A DNA stretch of 63,659 bases, the filler included, from Phoronis australis (taxonomy: Eukaryota; Animalia; Phoronida): NCBI GenBank assembly GCA_002633005.1. It is 5 parts of 5 records of this genome, joined end to end, with 100 filler letters (N's around TTAATTAATTAA, not from the genome) between each part and the next. Parts side by side here need not be neighbours in the genome. Positions count along the whole stretch, not along the records: positions 32,428 to 47,564 come from NMRA01000265.1; positions 47,665 to 61,770 come from NMRA01000020.1; 3 more parts are not named here. The stretch is one strand, 5' to 3'. Below the pieces are notes generated by a model. It saw nothing but the letters and a program-made list of their open reading frames with translations. It had not been told where the DNA came from and ran no database searches. Position 1 is the first letter of the stretch. Every line of letters starts with the position of its first letter. Shown piece after piece: positions 40,344 through 51,234 of this stretch. The translations under genes were made by a program, and so were the position numbers.

Positions 40344-41869
40344 GTAAGCTAAGCGTTAAGGTTACATTTACTTTTTCTTTAAAATGTTATCTTCTTGAAA
40401 AATCTAAGTAACTACCAACTGTCATGCTATGAAAGTATTGTCTTTTCTAAAACTACAAGCGAAGGCAAATCTAATAATCTCATCCCCAACACTATGCCAT
40501 TATGGTGACGTGGCTGTTCGTTTTTTGAAAGATACGTTCATAGCGAAGAAGTCCCTTCATTAGCATTCACCAAACTTTCTGCATTAAGACTTTGATAAAA
40601 ATCATGTCTGGGATTTTTCATATTTAGCACCAACGTTTTTATTTGCGCTTTTCTGAGGATAATACGGCAGGCACTCAACTTTAATTTAAAACTAAAAAAT
40701 AACGAAAGCTCTAACAAAAAATCCGAGAAACACTTTTAACATTATGACATTGTGCTGTCAAAAGTTCAAATGCAGTTAACAGTGATAGTCTCTTTCTTGA
40801 GATATTGTCTTTCCAAGTTTGAAGTCGGTCTCTAACAGCAATCGTTAAAACACAATTTAATCTCAACAGTCGAACACTCACTGTTTTATTCTCGAATATA
40901 GGTTCTTGTCTTGGGCTAATGCAATGAAAATGTCTCGGTAAAATACGCTCGAAATTACAAGTATACATGTAAGTTAAATGGGGAAAGCGTGGCCTTAAAT
41001 TACGCTCAGATTTACTAGCATAAACGCTTGAAATTACTTATCTAGCTCCCATACTTAAATCTTAGCCAATGACGTACATGTACACCTTTAAAAGTCACGC
41101 ATGCTGGCACTTATGTCTTTCGTGCCGGAGTAAGTCATTGCAGGAATATCGACGGTTGTAGCTCAGAGAAGTGAACGTAGACAAACTCAAAGACAACCGA
41201 GCTCCTCCTACCCACTCAAGACGGCACCTGGCAGCCGAACATAATTTTACGGGGGCACTTTCCCCAAACGATCCACCTTGTCGAATCACCCTTTAACCTC
41301 GCAACAGTCCCTGTGCTATATTCAGGGTTCTTTCTTTAGGTATTTTTTTACAAAATGACAATTTATCAAAGTGGAAAGAAGGCCCACCATACCAAACTAC
41401 TCGTTACCTTCGCTTCAGCCTCTGCAATATATCGATTTTTCTTCTTTGGGATGTTTTTTGAAAATGACATTTATTTTATCAAAATGGAAACTAAACGTGA
41501 TTGGCATACTGTCAAACCGGAACTTGGAGAGCTTTGTCCAAAGCCGACCACTGTAGGTGGAGGTTTGACAGAATTAAAAGCAACGTTGTGCACATCAGGG
41601 AATAGATATGCTGGGCGAGAGTTGTGTCACAGGATTTTATGACGTTTTGTTGAATTGTGGGGTTTTTTAATCCAAACGACCCCGCGTTCGGTTGACAATC
41701 TTCAGTTCCAGGTTTTCGGTTGCTGGCTTCACATACTGGATGCCAACACGCGGGCTTCATTGCATTCATTTTCGTTTTACGCGGCTTAAGAATGAAGAAA
41801 TGTGTCCGGAAATGAACTAATCGGCAGAGTTTGGGTGGCAAACAAGAGGGATTTGCATTGTTGAAGACC

Positions 41870-42299
41870 TATGATGGCTTATTTGACGGTTTGAGTGACT
41901 GGTTGCCCGTTAGTAACAGATTTTCCAAGAGCGGTGTTTTTCATTTTAAAACAGCTACGCACTTGTGTGAAATTAAATATAGGCCTACATGTATTTGCAA
42001 CCCTGGCATCTTTTGCTGAATTCACAGACAATATTTTTAAGGGTGACACGTAATCTTAATTCCGACATTTAAGTGCTTTGAGGGACTATTTGAGGGTTTG
42101 ATTGACAGGTTTCACATAAACAAACCGTGTGTGTAAGTGACAGCCTCTTGGAGCGGTACTTAAAACAACTTACATGTATGTATATCTAGGTGTTCGTGTG
42201 AAATTAAATATATTTGAAACTCTCACACATTTTGCCAAATGCATAGATGACATTACTAAGGGTTGCACGTAATCTTAATTCCAACATTCTAGTGCTTTC
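41870..42299. repeat. Diverged tandem duplication (two units of about 210-220 bp)
   Basis: TATTTGA.GGTTTGA.TGAC.GGTT, AGCGGT, GTGTGAAATTAAATATA and CACGTAATCTTAATTCC.ACATT each occur twice in the same order. Confidence 0.7.
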
Positions 42300-42417
42300 A
42301 ACTTGTCATCAGGACCGAGTTGTTCACTTAAACTGATTTCTACGCGTTATTCCCCAATTGTTATTCTTTTTATTCGTTTAACAATTATACAATGGCTCAT
42401 GATTGACAGTAGACCTT

Positions 42418-44029
42418 GGGCCCGTTCCGAGAAACTGACTTGAAGTCCTTGTCTCACGCGTTGTTAACCCTTATTACATGGTTAGAAGATGTTATAAGGA
42501 TCCAAGAAGTACCTACCCCATAACTAATACACGATCCGTACTCGAAAACAATTTAAATGAACGCGCCACTCACGATTCGCACCCGAAGAAACACCGCCAT
42601 TTTGAACTTGCCGCGAACCCGGAAGTACAATTCATTCAGGAACCCAGGACGAGAAAACGCCGTCAGTGCGACTGGAGCAGTGCCTGTACTGTTACCAGCC
42701 AGCAAACGGGGATAAAAATAAAATCGACAGCGCGTCTCAATTTCGATAACATCAAACTACGGACAATTTTATGAAATTTGCTGAAGAAATGTGGCGAATA
42801 AATTTTGACAGAAATTATTTTGCTAGACTCCGGACCGCAGCCTATCGGACCCGGTGCGGATCGAGACCAGACACTGGCGAACGGTAAATGCATGCGGTTG
42901 GAAGCTGTTTTGTCGAAGTAAAATGGTCAAATGATAAATGCTGCATATATTCAAGGGTAGTTTCAGACACTTGCATGAAATTACGGGCTGGTTAGTCCTG
43001 TGTCACACTGCCGCGGCAGACCTTAGTTAGCCTCAGTCACCCGCTACCAGTGAAGACTATAGTCAAAATACAGCTTGTTAGTAGGCCTATACAGCCTCCC
43101 GTTCAGTAGCGCTAGGACCTCGCTAAGAAGCATGACTTCGCGAGATTACGTGAGATATTGCCGTGTATTTTAAATGAGAACATGTGGACTAGGACTTTGC
43201 AAGGTCCTAGCGTAGGTCCTAGCGTCTAGTGAACGCACGCCAGCTTTGNNNNNNNNNNNNNNNNNNNNNNNNNNNNNNNNNNNNNNNNNNNNNNNNNNNN
43301 NNNNNNNNNNNNNNNNNNNNNNNNNNNNNNNNNNNNNNNNNNNNNNNNNNNNNNNNNNNNNNNNNNNNNNNNNNNNNNNNNNNNNNNNNNNNNNNNNNNN
43401 NNNNNNNNNNNNNNNNNNNNNNNNNNNNNNNNNNNNNNNNNNNNNNNNNNNNNNNNNNNNNNNNNNNNNNAACTACAAACTATAAATACACTACATATGC
43501 AAACGAATCACGATATATTACTAATAAAACAAAATAATGAAGACTTTTCGAGCAAGCCATAGCACATTCAGTTACAAGGAAAAAATGGCGGCGTTCAGGA
43601 CAAGTTCCTGAACTGATGAGCCGGAAATGTGGGTACGGAAATAATCGATGACAACCGGTAATCATACGCTCAGAGAGAAGGGTCAAATACTGTTAAAAAT
43701 CGCTTTTGGCAAGAAAGGCGAAAAGAATATAAAGAAAGGGTGTCGAAAATAAGAATTTATGTAGTAAGTATTTTCGGATACTAGAACCACATGGGCAGTT
43801 TGCAACAAGGACTTTAAGTTCATGTTTGACTGAAGTCTAAGACTTGTCTTAACTTCCATACTTTGAAACTTCCCCATCTGGTAAGATAGTTGAAATTAAG
43901 ACAAAACTTTTATTAAAAACTTAATTCAAACTTAAGATCTCTTTCTTGAAATGGTCTCGAGACAATTTTAAGTTTTATCTTGAAATTTAAGATTTGTCTT
44001 AGCTAAGTCAGTTTTGTTGGAACAGGCTC
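42418..44029. mobile_element. PIF/Harbinger-like MITE hosting a nested Kolobok-like element
   Basis: Imperfect TIR GGGCCCGTTCCGAGAAACTGACTT / AAGTCAGTTTTGTTGGAACAGGCTC, 3-bp TSD CTT on both sides, internal TTAAG/CTTAA repeats. Confidence 0.65.
42444..43813. mobile_element. Non-autonomous Kolobok-like element (AGTCCTTGT termini)
   Basis: TIR AGTCCTTGT...ACAAGGACT with TTGA/TTAA flanks. First ~375 bp nearly identical to 61397-61770. Spans an N gap. Confidence 0.7.
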
Positions 44030-45563
44030 CTTATTCACGCAGTCGCTATGTTAGTAGTGAGTCTCTTTTTAGGTTTAAAAACGATACATTTGGGGCATAC
44101 ATGTAAATATAAAGAGGCACGCGAAGAAATCACGCTTGATGCTGTGACTACACTGTTTTCGGGCTTTAAAACCCCCCGAAAAGATGCTCACTTTTAAAAT
44201 GGGGACTGTGTGAATAAGATGTACAGTAGACCTATGATACTCGCAGTGATTCATTGGTATTGTTGCCATATTTATCAGTGATGGTTTTGGGTGATTGTGA
44301 TACGTGTTGATTGCTTCTAAATAACATTGTCAACAAAGCATTGCTTAAGAGTTGTGGCCGGTTGACTATTGCGAACTCTCATTATCTTCCAGCATCAACG
44401 AAAGCAAAGATTTCGGATAAAAGCACAGGTACTGTTCTAGTAGCTGGGTACCTACCTAAACGACTTGAATGCAATTAACGATTTAATTGTATTCTAAATA
44501 TACCCCAAGTCACGGTCGGGGCTCACGTTAAGCATCGCATAAGCCGAGTAAACGGACTCAGATTTCTTTCACGTGATAAGTAGCCCAATAACCATTGTAC
44601 AACATAAAACGAGTTGTACTAAAGTGAAAAACTCACCAAATCTTGGGATTTTTAAGAAAAAAAGGCTTGTTTATATTTCAATTAACCACGATTTGTAGGG
44701 CCATCCGCCCATCCGGCCTGTACTCTGATTTTGTGGCAGCACCATCATGCGGTGTAGTTTCTAAATGACCCATCGCTTCTTCACTTTTACATTAAGAACA
44801 TTATTTCACCGCAGGAAAATATATCCCGTGTTTTATGAGTTTTTCTACGCCACTCAGAATTGGTAAAATTAAACAAAAAATGTCCATACTGTTTAACCTG
44901 CTCAACATTTCTATTTTGTTCTTGGTAACAGAAAACAAGTGATGGCACGGTAAGAATAAACTGAGGTCACGTGTCAAAGAATAACAAGTCTTAATACGAT
45001 TTTCGTTTAACATCCCGCTAAAGAGGGCGAACAACAGCTTTAAATCATTTGTTTTACTTCGTTGCTGATTAAACGCTAAATCCATGCGAATTTTCTGCGT
45101 TGACCGGTTTGCCTACCTCAGGAATTGCCGGATCAGATCAAAGACATCATGCTGTTGTGATTAATGAAATTGCCTCAAGCTGTTTATATTATCGTTCTTA
45201 GATAATCAGACCCACCATATACGCACTGGAGGTGACAATTTTTTACTCAATTTTCGATTTGAAAGTTTTTAAACAGCATATTTGAATTCTTCACGAACAG
45301 TAGACATTGAAAGGTTTATGAATGTTTAAAATCGGACAAGAAATGTGACTTACAGCATAGCGTGTGAATTTTAACTGAATGTTGTCCGGAGCTTGCGCGT
45401 TGTTCTGTGCCTCATTAATTCTGTGGAGTGTGCAGCATAGTAGACCAATTACAAAACCAGCAAAGAGCGTTGGAATTTCAGGTAGGCCAAGTGTCATCGT
45501 GCAATTTTTGGCATGAGCATACACGGAAGTTTGATTCTTGAGTAAGAGTAGACAAAGCGTTAA

Positions 45564-47407
45564 AGGCGAAGGCAACCTTTTTCCATGTCATTTTGAGCTA
45601 AAATAAGGTTGGTTGGTTATTCTAGACATATTTTCCACTTAATTACAGCTTTTCGTAATTTTATTAATTACTCGTCCGCTACTGCGGAAGTGACGTTTTA
45701 GGAGGCAAGCGTTTCCCGCCACTTGGTATTGCGTTGACTTTACCGTGCGAATCTGTTCTATTCTACTTTTGTTTTGTGCTGTTTTTCAACAATTGTCGCC
45801 ACCACTTTCCATCGGCAAGTATTCTGCGGCAAGATAGGTTAGAGAACTCAACTACGTTGGATTTAGGGATTGTTTAGTGTGTTGTAAGCTGTAAATGGCT
45901 GGAGTCGGTGACCCGTATCACAGTGACAGTGGTGTGAGTGACGGAGACCTTGTTCACAGCAGTGGTGACGAGGAAATTTTTCACGGATATTCAGTGGGTG
46001 GGTACATGTTTGAGCCCGAGTGTAACGAGGCAGAGTACGCACAGGCATACTAGGCAGCTGTTGAGAGAAACGAGGCGGCTACTGAGGACAGACGTGGTGA
46101 CACATCTTGGTGCAAATGCACTGTGTGCGTTGTTATGATGCCTACCTCAATGATGGAATGCTTGTGCTGTTCAGAGTTCGACGAGGCCAAGCCTACTGGA
46201 CATGGTTAAGTGGACCTCCAGCATACCACGGACAGAGGAACAACTGTCCCACTCAGTTGCCAGAGTCTCCCGCGACACACTCCCACTAGATGGTGACCTG
46301 AGCACCCAAAATGCTTACATCGTGTCGTGTGACTCCCTCGCCACACACCTGGCACCATCTAAATAGACAAGTCCACAATAAACTTATCAAAGTTTGGCTC
46401 ACCAATCTGTTCACTGAACGACAAACTGTCTTCTCCACCGGGTGTCGAACTGGGCCTGTAATCACGTACTCCCACTAGCTGCAGGGCTGCTTAGAGGCTC
46501 TGGGCTGGAGAAAGCAGCACAGGGCGAATCACTACTGGTTCCAGGAATTGCACGCTCTGGCTGGGTACGTTCGGAGGCACGGGTGACAGTAGATGAAGTG
46601 CCTCCACTGGCTCCAATCACTGTACTGGCCACAGAGCTAGCAAAGCTTCTCGCCTCAAAAACGCACTTCTCGGGGGGTGGCGACGGGGCACTGCCGGGAA
46701 TCAACACAGACGGAATGGCATTCTTCTTCAGGCGTTGTTTCGCAGGGACCTTCAACAGTTCAGCGCACAAATCCCTTTCGTAACCGGAGGGCAGAAAGTG
46801 CTTGCCACACACACGGTAATTCTCCACTGCTTTGTACGTTGCATGGACGGGTAACGCTGCGTTCTTCACACGAACGAGCCAAGTACGGCGAAGTGTGTCA
46901 TCCATCGGAAAGCGGTGGAAAGGTACTCCCAAAGCGCTCGTGAGCCGATAACTAGTACATTCCGGTACGCAGCAACAGTGTGGCATGTTGACTGACTAGT
47001 AAATGAAAGCAAACACGTTCTTCACACGAACGAGCCAAGTACGGCGAAGTGTGTCATCCATCGGAAAGCGATGGAAAGGTACTCCCAAAGCGCGCGTGTG
47101 CCGATAACTAGTACATTCCGGTACGCAGCAACAGTGTGGCATGTTGACTGACTAGTAAATGATAGCAAACGTCGACGGAACTTAACACAACCGAGGTAGA
47201 ACAATGACTGACTCGGCAGCTCTCACAGTCAGACTATATGAAAAGAAATTGGCGCGAAATGCTTGCCTCCTAAAACGTCACTTCCGCAGTAGCGGACGAG
47301 TAATTAATAAAAGTACGAAAAGCTGTAATTAAGTGGAAAATATGTCTAGGATAACCAACCAACCTTATTTTAGCTCAAAATGACATGGAAAAAGGTTGCC
47401 TTCGCCT
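45564..47407. mobile_element. Kolobok DNA transposon, internally deleted (copy 2)
   Basis: TTAA TSD at 45560-45563 and 47408-47411, ~160-bp TIRs, same convergent KolX/THAP stubs and deletion junction as copy 1. Carries a 156-bp tandem duplication at 46860-47170. Confidence 0.92.
46462..46986 (-). pseudogene. THAP-domain ORF (truncated transposase) of Kolobok copy 2
   Basis: 174-aa ORF MPHCCCVPEC..FHRFP..W..VCGKHF..AIPSV with intact C2CH ligands. Confidence 0.85.
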
Positions 47408-47664
47408 TTAAGTTGCGGAAATAGAACACTGTCACGATAAGGGATATTATAAGTCTGACAACTTAGCAGTGCGAAACGCAGCCTGAAATGGCTAAAAGAC
47501 GTTTTAGTTTTCTACAGGTTCCAAAAAATCATAATTTAGTTTCAACAATTCTCATAATTTGAAANNNNNNNNNNNNNNNNNNNNNNNNNNNNNNNNNNNN
47601 NNNNNNNNTTAATTAATTAANNNNNNNNNNNNNNNNNNNNNNNNNNNNNNNNNNNNNNNNNNNN

Positions 47665-48660
47665 TGCTGAAAGATCACTTGGGTAATGGGAAAGTCACTC
47701 CCTTACAACTGTCCCTTGCTGTTGCTCGGCTCAATAGCCGTCTACGCTCCAGAGGATTATCTGCACGTGAAATTTGGTTCCAACGTGATCAGTTTACTAA
47801 TGCGCAGTTACCCATCGATGACCAATCTATGATTCATGCTCAACATCAGGGCCGCATAACGAACCATGAATCTAGCGTGAAATCGAAAGCCCCTTTACGA
47901 AAGGCCCCTCCTTCATGCCGTGCAAATGTGGGAGACTTGGTGTACCTCTATTCTGACCGAGACAAAACACGATCTCGTCCTTGCTATCTCGTGGTCAGCC
48001 GGGATGACACCTGGTTGAATGTCCAGAAGTTCATTGGGAATCAGTTGCGATCTACATCCTATCGCGCAAAGGACACCGAATGTTACAAGGTCCCTTCAGA
48101 GACACCTTCACTTTACGGTCCAGTTACCCACGACCTCACCGATGATGAAGAAGATCATGTCCCTCGATTAATGCTCCCATTAGCAACCCAGCCTGCACCT
48201 CAGTTACCACCTTCTAGTGTGTCTGATGTTCTTCCTGGAGTAAACCTGAGTCAACCTTCCCACACCTCGAATGATGTTGTTCCTACCAATAATGCGGGTC
48301 ATACTAGCAGCGGTACACTTGACGTGACGGGAGACGTTCCTTTGCGACGCTCTTCCAGAACCAAACGTCCTCCAACCTACCTTCAGGATTTTGTGGTTGA
48401 TTAAGTGTTATGGTATCCTCCCTGGACTTTGATGGTACCGATCCTAGTTCAAGTGTATTACATGTATTGTGCTAATTTTTTCTTAGGACTGATAAGTGTT
48501 ACTTCAAAGGACTTAAAGAGACATTACAACACTATTGGTTTCCCGTTTATTACTTTACGCGAGTTATTCGTTTGACTATTTTTGTTAGTCCTTCCGGTTT
48601 CGCCATTTGCAATAAATAAACACAAGTATTTTGAGTTCACACATTTACTCTCATTTTACT
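47665..48660 (+). mobile_element. Gypsy-type LTR retrotransposon 3' fragment (integrase C-terminus plus probable 3' LTR)
   Basis: ORF 47679-48404: LAVARLNSRLRSRGLSAREIW.QRDQ, VGDLVYL..R..Y.VV (GPY/F-like region), ending RRSSRTKRPPTYLQDFV. AATAAA at 48611. 5' part lost in a gap. Confidence 0.75.
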
Positions 48661-48721
48661 GGCGCCATAGCAGTACACAATTCTCATTTTTATCCCCAGG
48701 ACACGAGGTAATGACGTCGCT

Positions 48722-51109
48722 GTGAATGGTGGAACAAATAAATGTATGAGCAGGGAGAAGATGAAACATCTTTTGTTGAATAACATCGAAACATTGAAAA
48801 GTTTGACGACCAGGAAAATGTCAAAGGTTGAACTTATTTCATTAATTGGCAAAATAAAGATGAGCGACAAGGATTTGCAAGAAAGATTTCTGCCGACAAT
48901 ACCAAAGGCTTTTAATACTTCTGGAGATTTTCAGCTTGAGAAGTGCATGTCACGTGACCTTGCTGACGATGGCTTGACAACGGCACGAGATTTTTTCGTA
49001 GAAATAACGAGGCACCTGACTTACGCTGTGAGAGCAGACTGTGTGGCACTGTATTTAAAGGAGGGAGAATCTGACCGAATGACATGCCAATATACTTGGT
49101 CTAGCAGGAAAAGTACTGGAAACGAGTTCTTAGATAGTCCAATAATTAGCTATGTCCGTCTCTTAAATATAGGTATTTTAACCGAAGATGTGGACCACAT
49201 TGGTAAGAATCGCGAGGAGAACGTTCAAATCAGGTCAGCAATCTGCATTCCGTTGTTTAACACTGAAAATGTCTTGATTGGAGCTGTAGCGGTTGGGCGA
49301 AAACTGGGCAGACCACCATTCAAGGAAGATCATTACCAAATCGTTCAAGGCTATGTTGCTTGGGCATGCTTAGGTAGAAAGCAAAGTACTAAAACGGCTG
49401 TGGGGAAAAAGACAAAACAAAACCACTTAGATTTGTTGCATATCGTCTGTAACATTGAGGCTGAAGACATAAGTCCGTTGAATGCATTAAAAAAACTCCT
49501 GGCTCAAGCTAAAATAGCAGTAGTTGCTTCACGATCTATTCTCGTCTTCCGCGACATGAAAAAGGGAGATTTCTACGCCCCACTACAAGACCTGGGAGAG
49601 TACGACTCTTTTGGGATGCCTGTGTTCAGAAAACTCGATAAAAACATAAGGATCTCCACCATTAAAATGAATTATTTGTTCAACGTTAGCTTGTTCAAGA
49701 GCCAGGTATGTATCCATTCTGAAATGAACGATACTTTTCACATCTGCTGCGAAGATATATCCTTACTCTGCAATATTGAAGTAAAAAATTTGGCATGCGT
49801 CCCGTTAAATAGAAAGGGCAACGTGGACGGATTGTTACTGTTCATAAACAAAGCAAACTGCGCATATTCTCAAGAAGACAAGAGCATATTGGAGACAGCG
49901 TGTGCCTGCTCTTCAATAGCCTGTGCATTGGCGGATTGGTATGCCCAAAGGCAGGCTAAAGAATATGGCGCTAAGGTGTCACTAGATTTGCTGCAACGCC
50001 ATGCATTTAAAGGCAACAAAGGCTCAATGGACAATTTAATGGCTATGTTCAAATCGTGGGACAATATTCCACGCCAGTTCCATTCGCTCCACTTTGTTAT
50101 CACGGATGACGTAAAGAACCGCCTCGAGCATTATTTTATTTTCATGATTCACGATCTATTTGGAAACTTTCTGGATGTTCGAAAGCTATATTGCTTTACA
50201 AGCACTGTTCGACGGAACTATCGAGTATGCCCCTATCACAAGTGGGAACACGCATTTCTTGTTTGCCATGCCATGTATATTTCGCTGAAAGACCCAGTAC
50301 TTCGAAATGCTTTGACAACAATCGAGCAGTTAGGATTGTTACTAGCATCTATTTGCCACGATATTGACCATCGCGGATTTCCGAATGAGTTTTATCAAAA
50401 ATTAGACCTTCCAATTGCGTCCCTCTACAGCAAACACGTAATGGAAAATCATCATTACAACACGACTGTTTTGATTCTTCAACAAGAGCCCTGTACAATA
50501 CTGGATTCCCTCAGTGACGAGGAGTACAAAGAATTACTTTCCATTCTACGAAATTCAATCATTGCCACAGATATTTATCATTGTTTCACGTGTTATCAGC
50601 CACGTTTGGAGGAGATACACAAGGCTTGCGCATTTGATGTTTCTAACCAAGAGCACAAGGAACTATTGACAGCTGTGCTGATGACTGGGTGTGACCTCAT
50701 TCAAACGGGAAAGGCATGGGAGTATCATATATACGACGTAAGGGGTATTTTTGACGAATTTTACGTTGCGGGAGCTTTACAAGCTCGCAGAGGTTTTGAA
50801 CCTAGCGATATTATGAACCCGCACCTAAAAAACCGAATGATCGAATTAGAAACACACTTCATGACGTCTGTAGCTCTTCCGGTTTTCCAACTATTATCGA
50901 GCATTATACCGAGCTTCAAAGAAGCAGAAAATGAGGTGAGGACGAACACCGAAAAGTGGACAAAACTTAGCCAAGGTGACAATGTACCTCCGTGGAAGCA
51001 TGGGCTTATAAAAACTCTTGGTTCTAACAAACGGTGGGCCAGTGAAGATGGGAAGCTGACTACAAAAGCTATTTTAAACGAGAATTTCAAGAATTTAATA
51101 CAACGTTGA
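48722..51109 (+). CDS. Single-exon GAF-GAF cyclic-nucleotide phosphodiesterase, PDE10-like (first ATG 48746)
   Basis: Uninterrupted 795-codon ORF with two GAF-like regions (SAICIPL..IGAV; LACVPL..INK..ED). Catalytic motifs NYR.PYHKWEHA, CHDIDHRG, MENHH, IIATD, LMTGCDL, EFY and F...VALP. The YH.W.HA and LMT.CDL forms are PDE10-type. Confidence 0.9.
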   Translation: MNGGTNKCMSREKMKHLLLNNIETLKSLTTRKMSKVELISLIGKIKMSDKDLQERFLPTIPKAFNTSGDFQLEKCMSRDLADDGLTTARDFFVEITRHLTYAVRADCVALYLKEGESDRMTCQYTWSSRKSTGNEFLDSPIISYVRLLNIGILTEDVDHIGKNREENVQIRSAICIPLFNTENVLIGAVAVGRKLGRPPFKEDHYQIVQGYVAWACLGRKQSTKTAVGKKTKQNHLDLLHIVCNIEAEDISPLNALKKLLAQAKIAVVASRSILVFRDMKKGDFYAPLQDLGEYDSFGMPVFRKLDKNIRISTIKMNYLFNVSLFKSQVCIHSEMNDTFHICCEDISLLCNIEVKNLACVPLNRKGNVDGLLLFINKANCAYSQEDKSILETACACSSIACALADWYAQRQAKEYGAKVSLDLLQRHAFKGNKGSMDNLMAMFKSWDNIPRQFHSLHFVITDDVKNRLEHYFIFMIHDLFGNFLDVRKLYCFTSTVRRNYRVCPYHKWEHAFLVCHAMYISLKDPVLRNALTTIEQLGLLLASICHDIDHRGFPNEFYQKLDLPIASLYSKHVMENHHYNTTVLILQQEPCTILDSLSDEEYKELLSILRNSIIATDIYHCFTCYQPRLEEIHKACAFDVSNQEHKELLTAVLMTGCDLIQTGKAWEYHIYDVRGIFDEFYVAGALQARRGFEPSDIMNPHLKNRMIELETHFMTSVALPVFQLLSSIIPSFKEAENEVRTNTEKWTKLSQGDNVPPWKHGLIKTLGSNKRWASEDGKLTTKAILNENFKNLIQR

Positions 51110-51234
51110 ACTCACTAACAATTACTTGTTTTTCTTTCTTGTGCACAGGCAAAGCCTCCGATTCCAAAAATGGAAACTAACAAAACACGCGCTAGTTTTA
51201 TTGATCAAAACATTATAAAATAATGCCATAATCA

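Noticed and set aside
42478-42774. Duplicated ~100-aa ORF (also 61431-61733)
   Set aside because: Lies in the terminal region of a repeated element. Conservation is explained by nucleotide identity of recent copies, and no domain was recognised.
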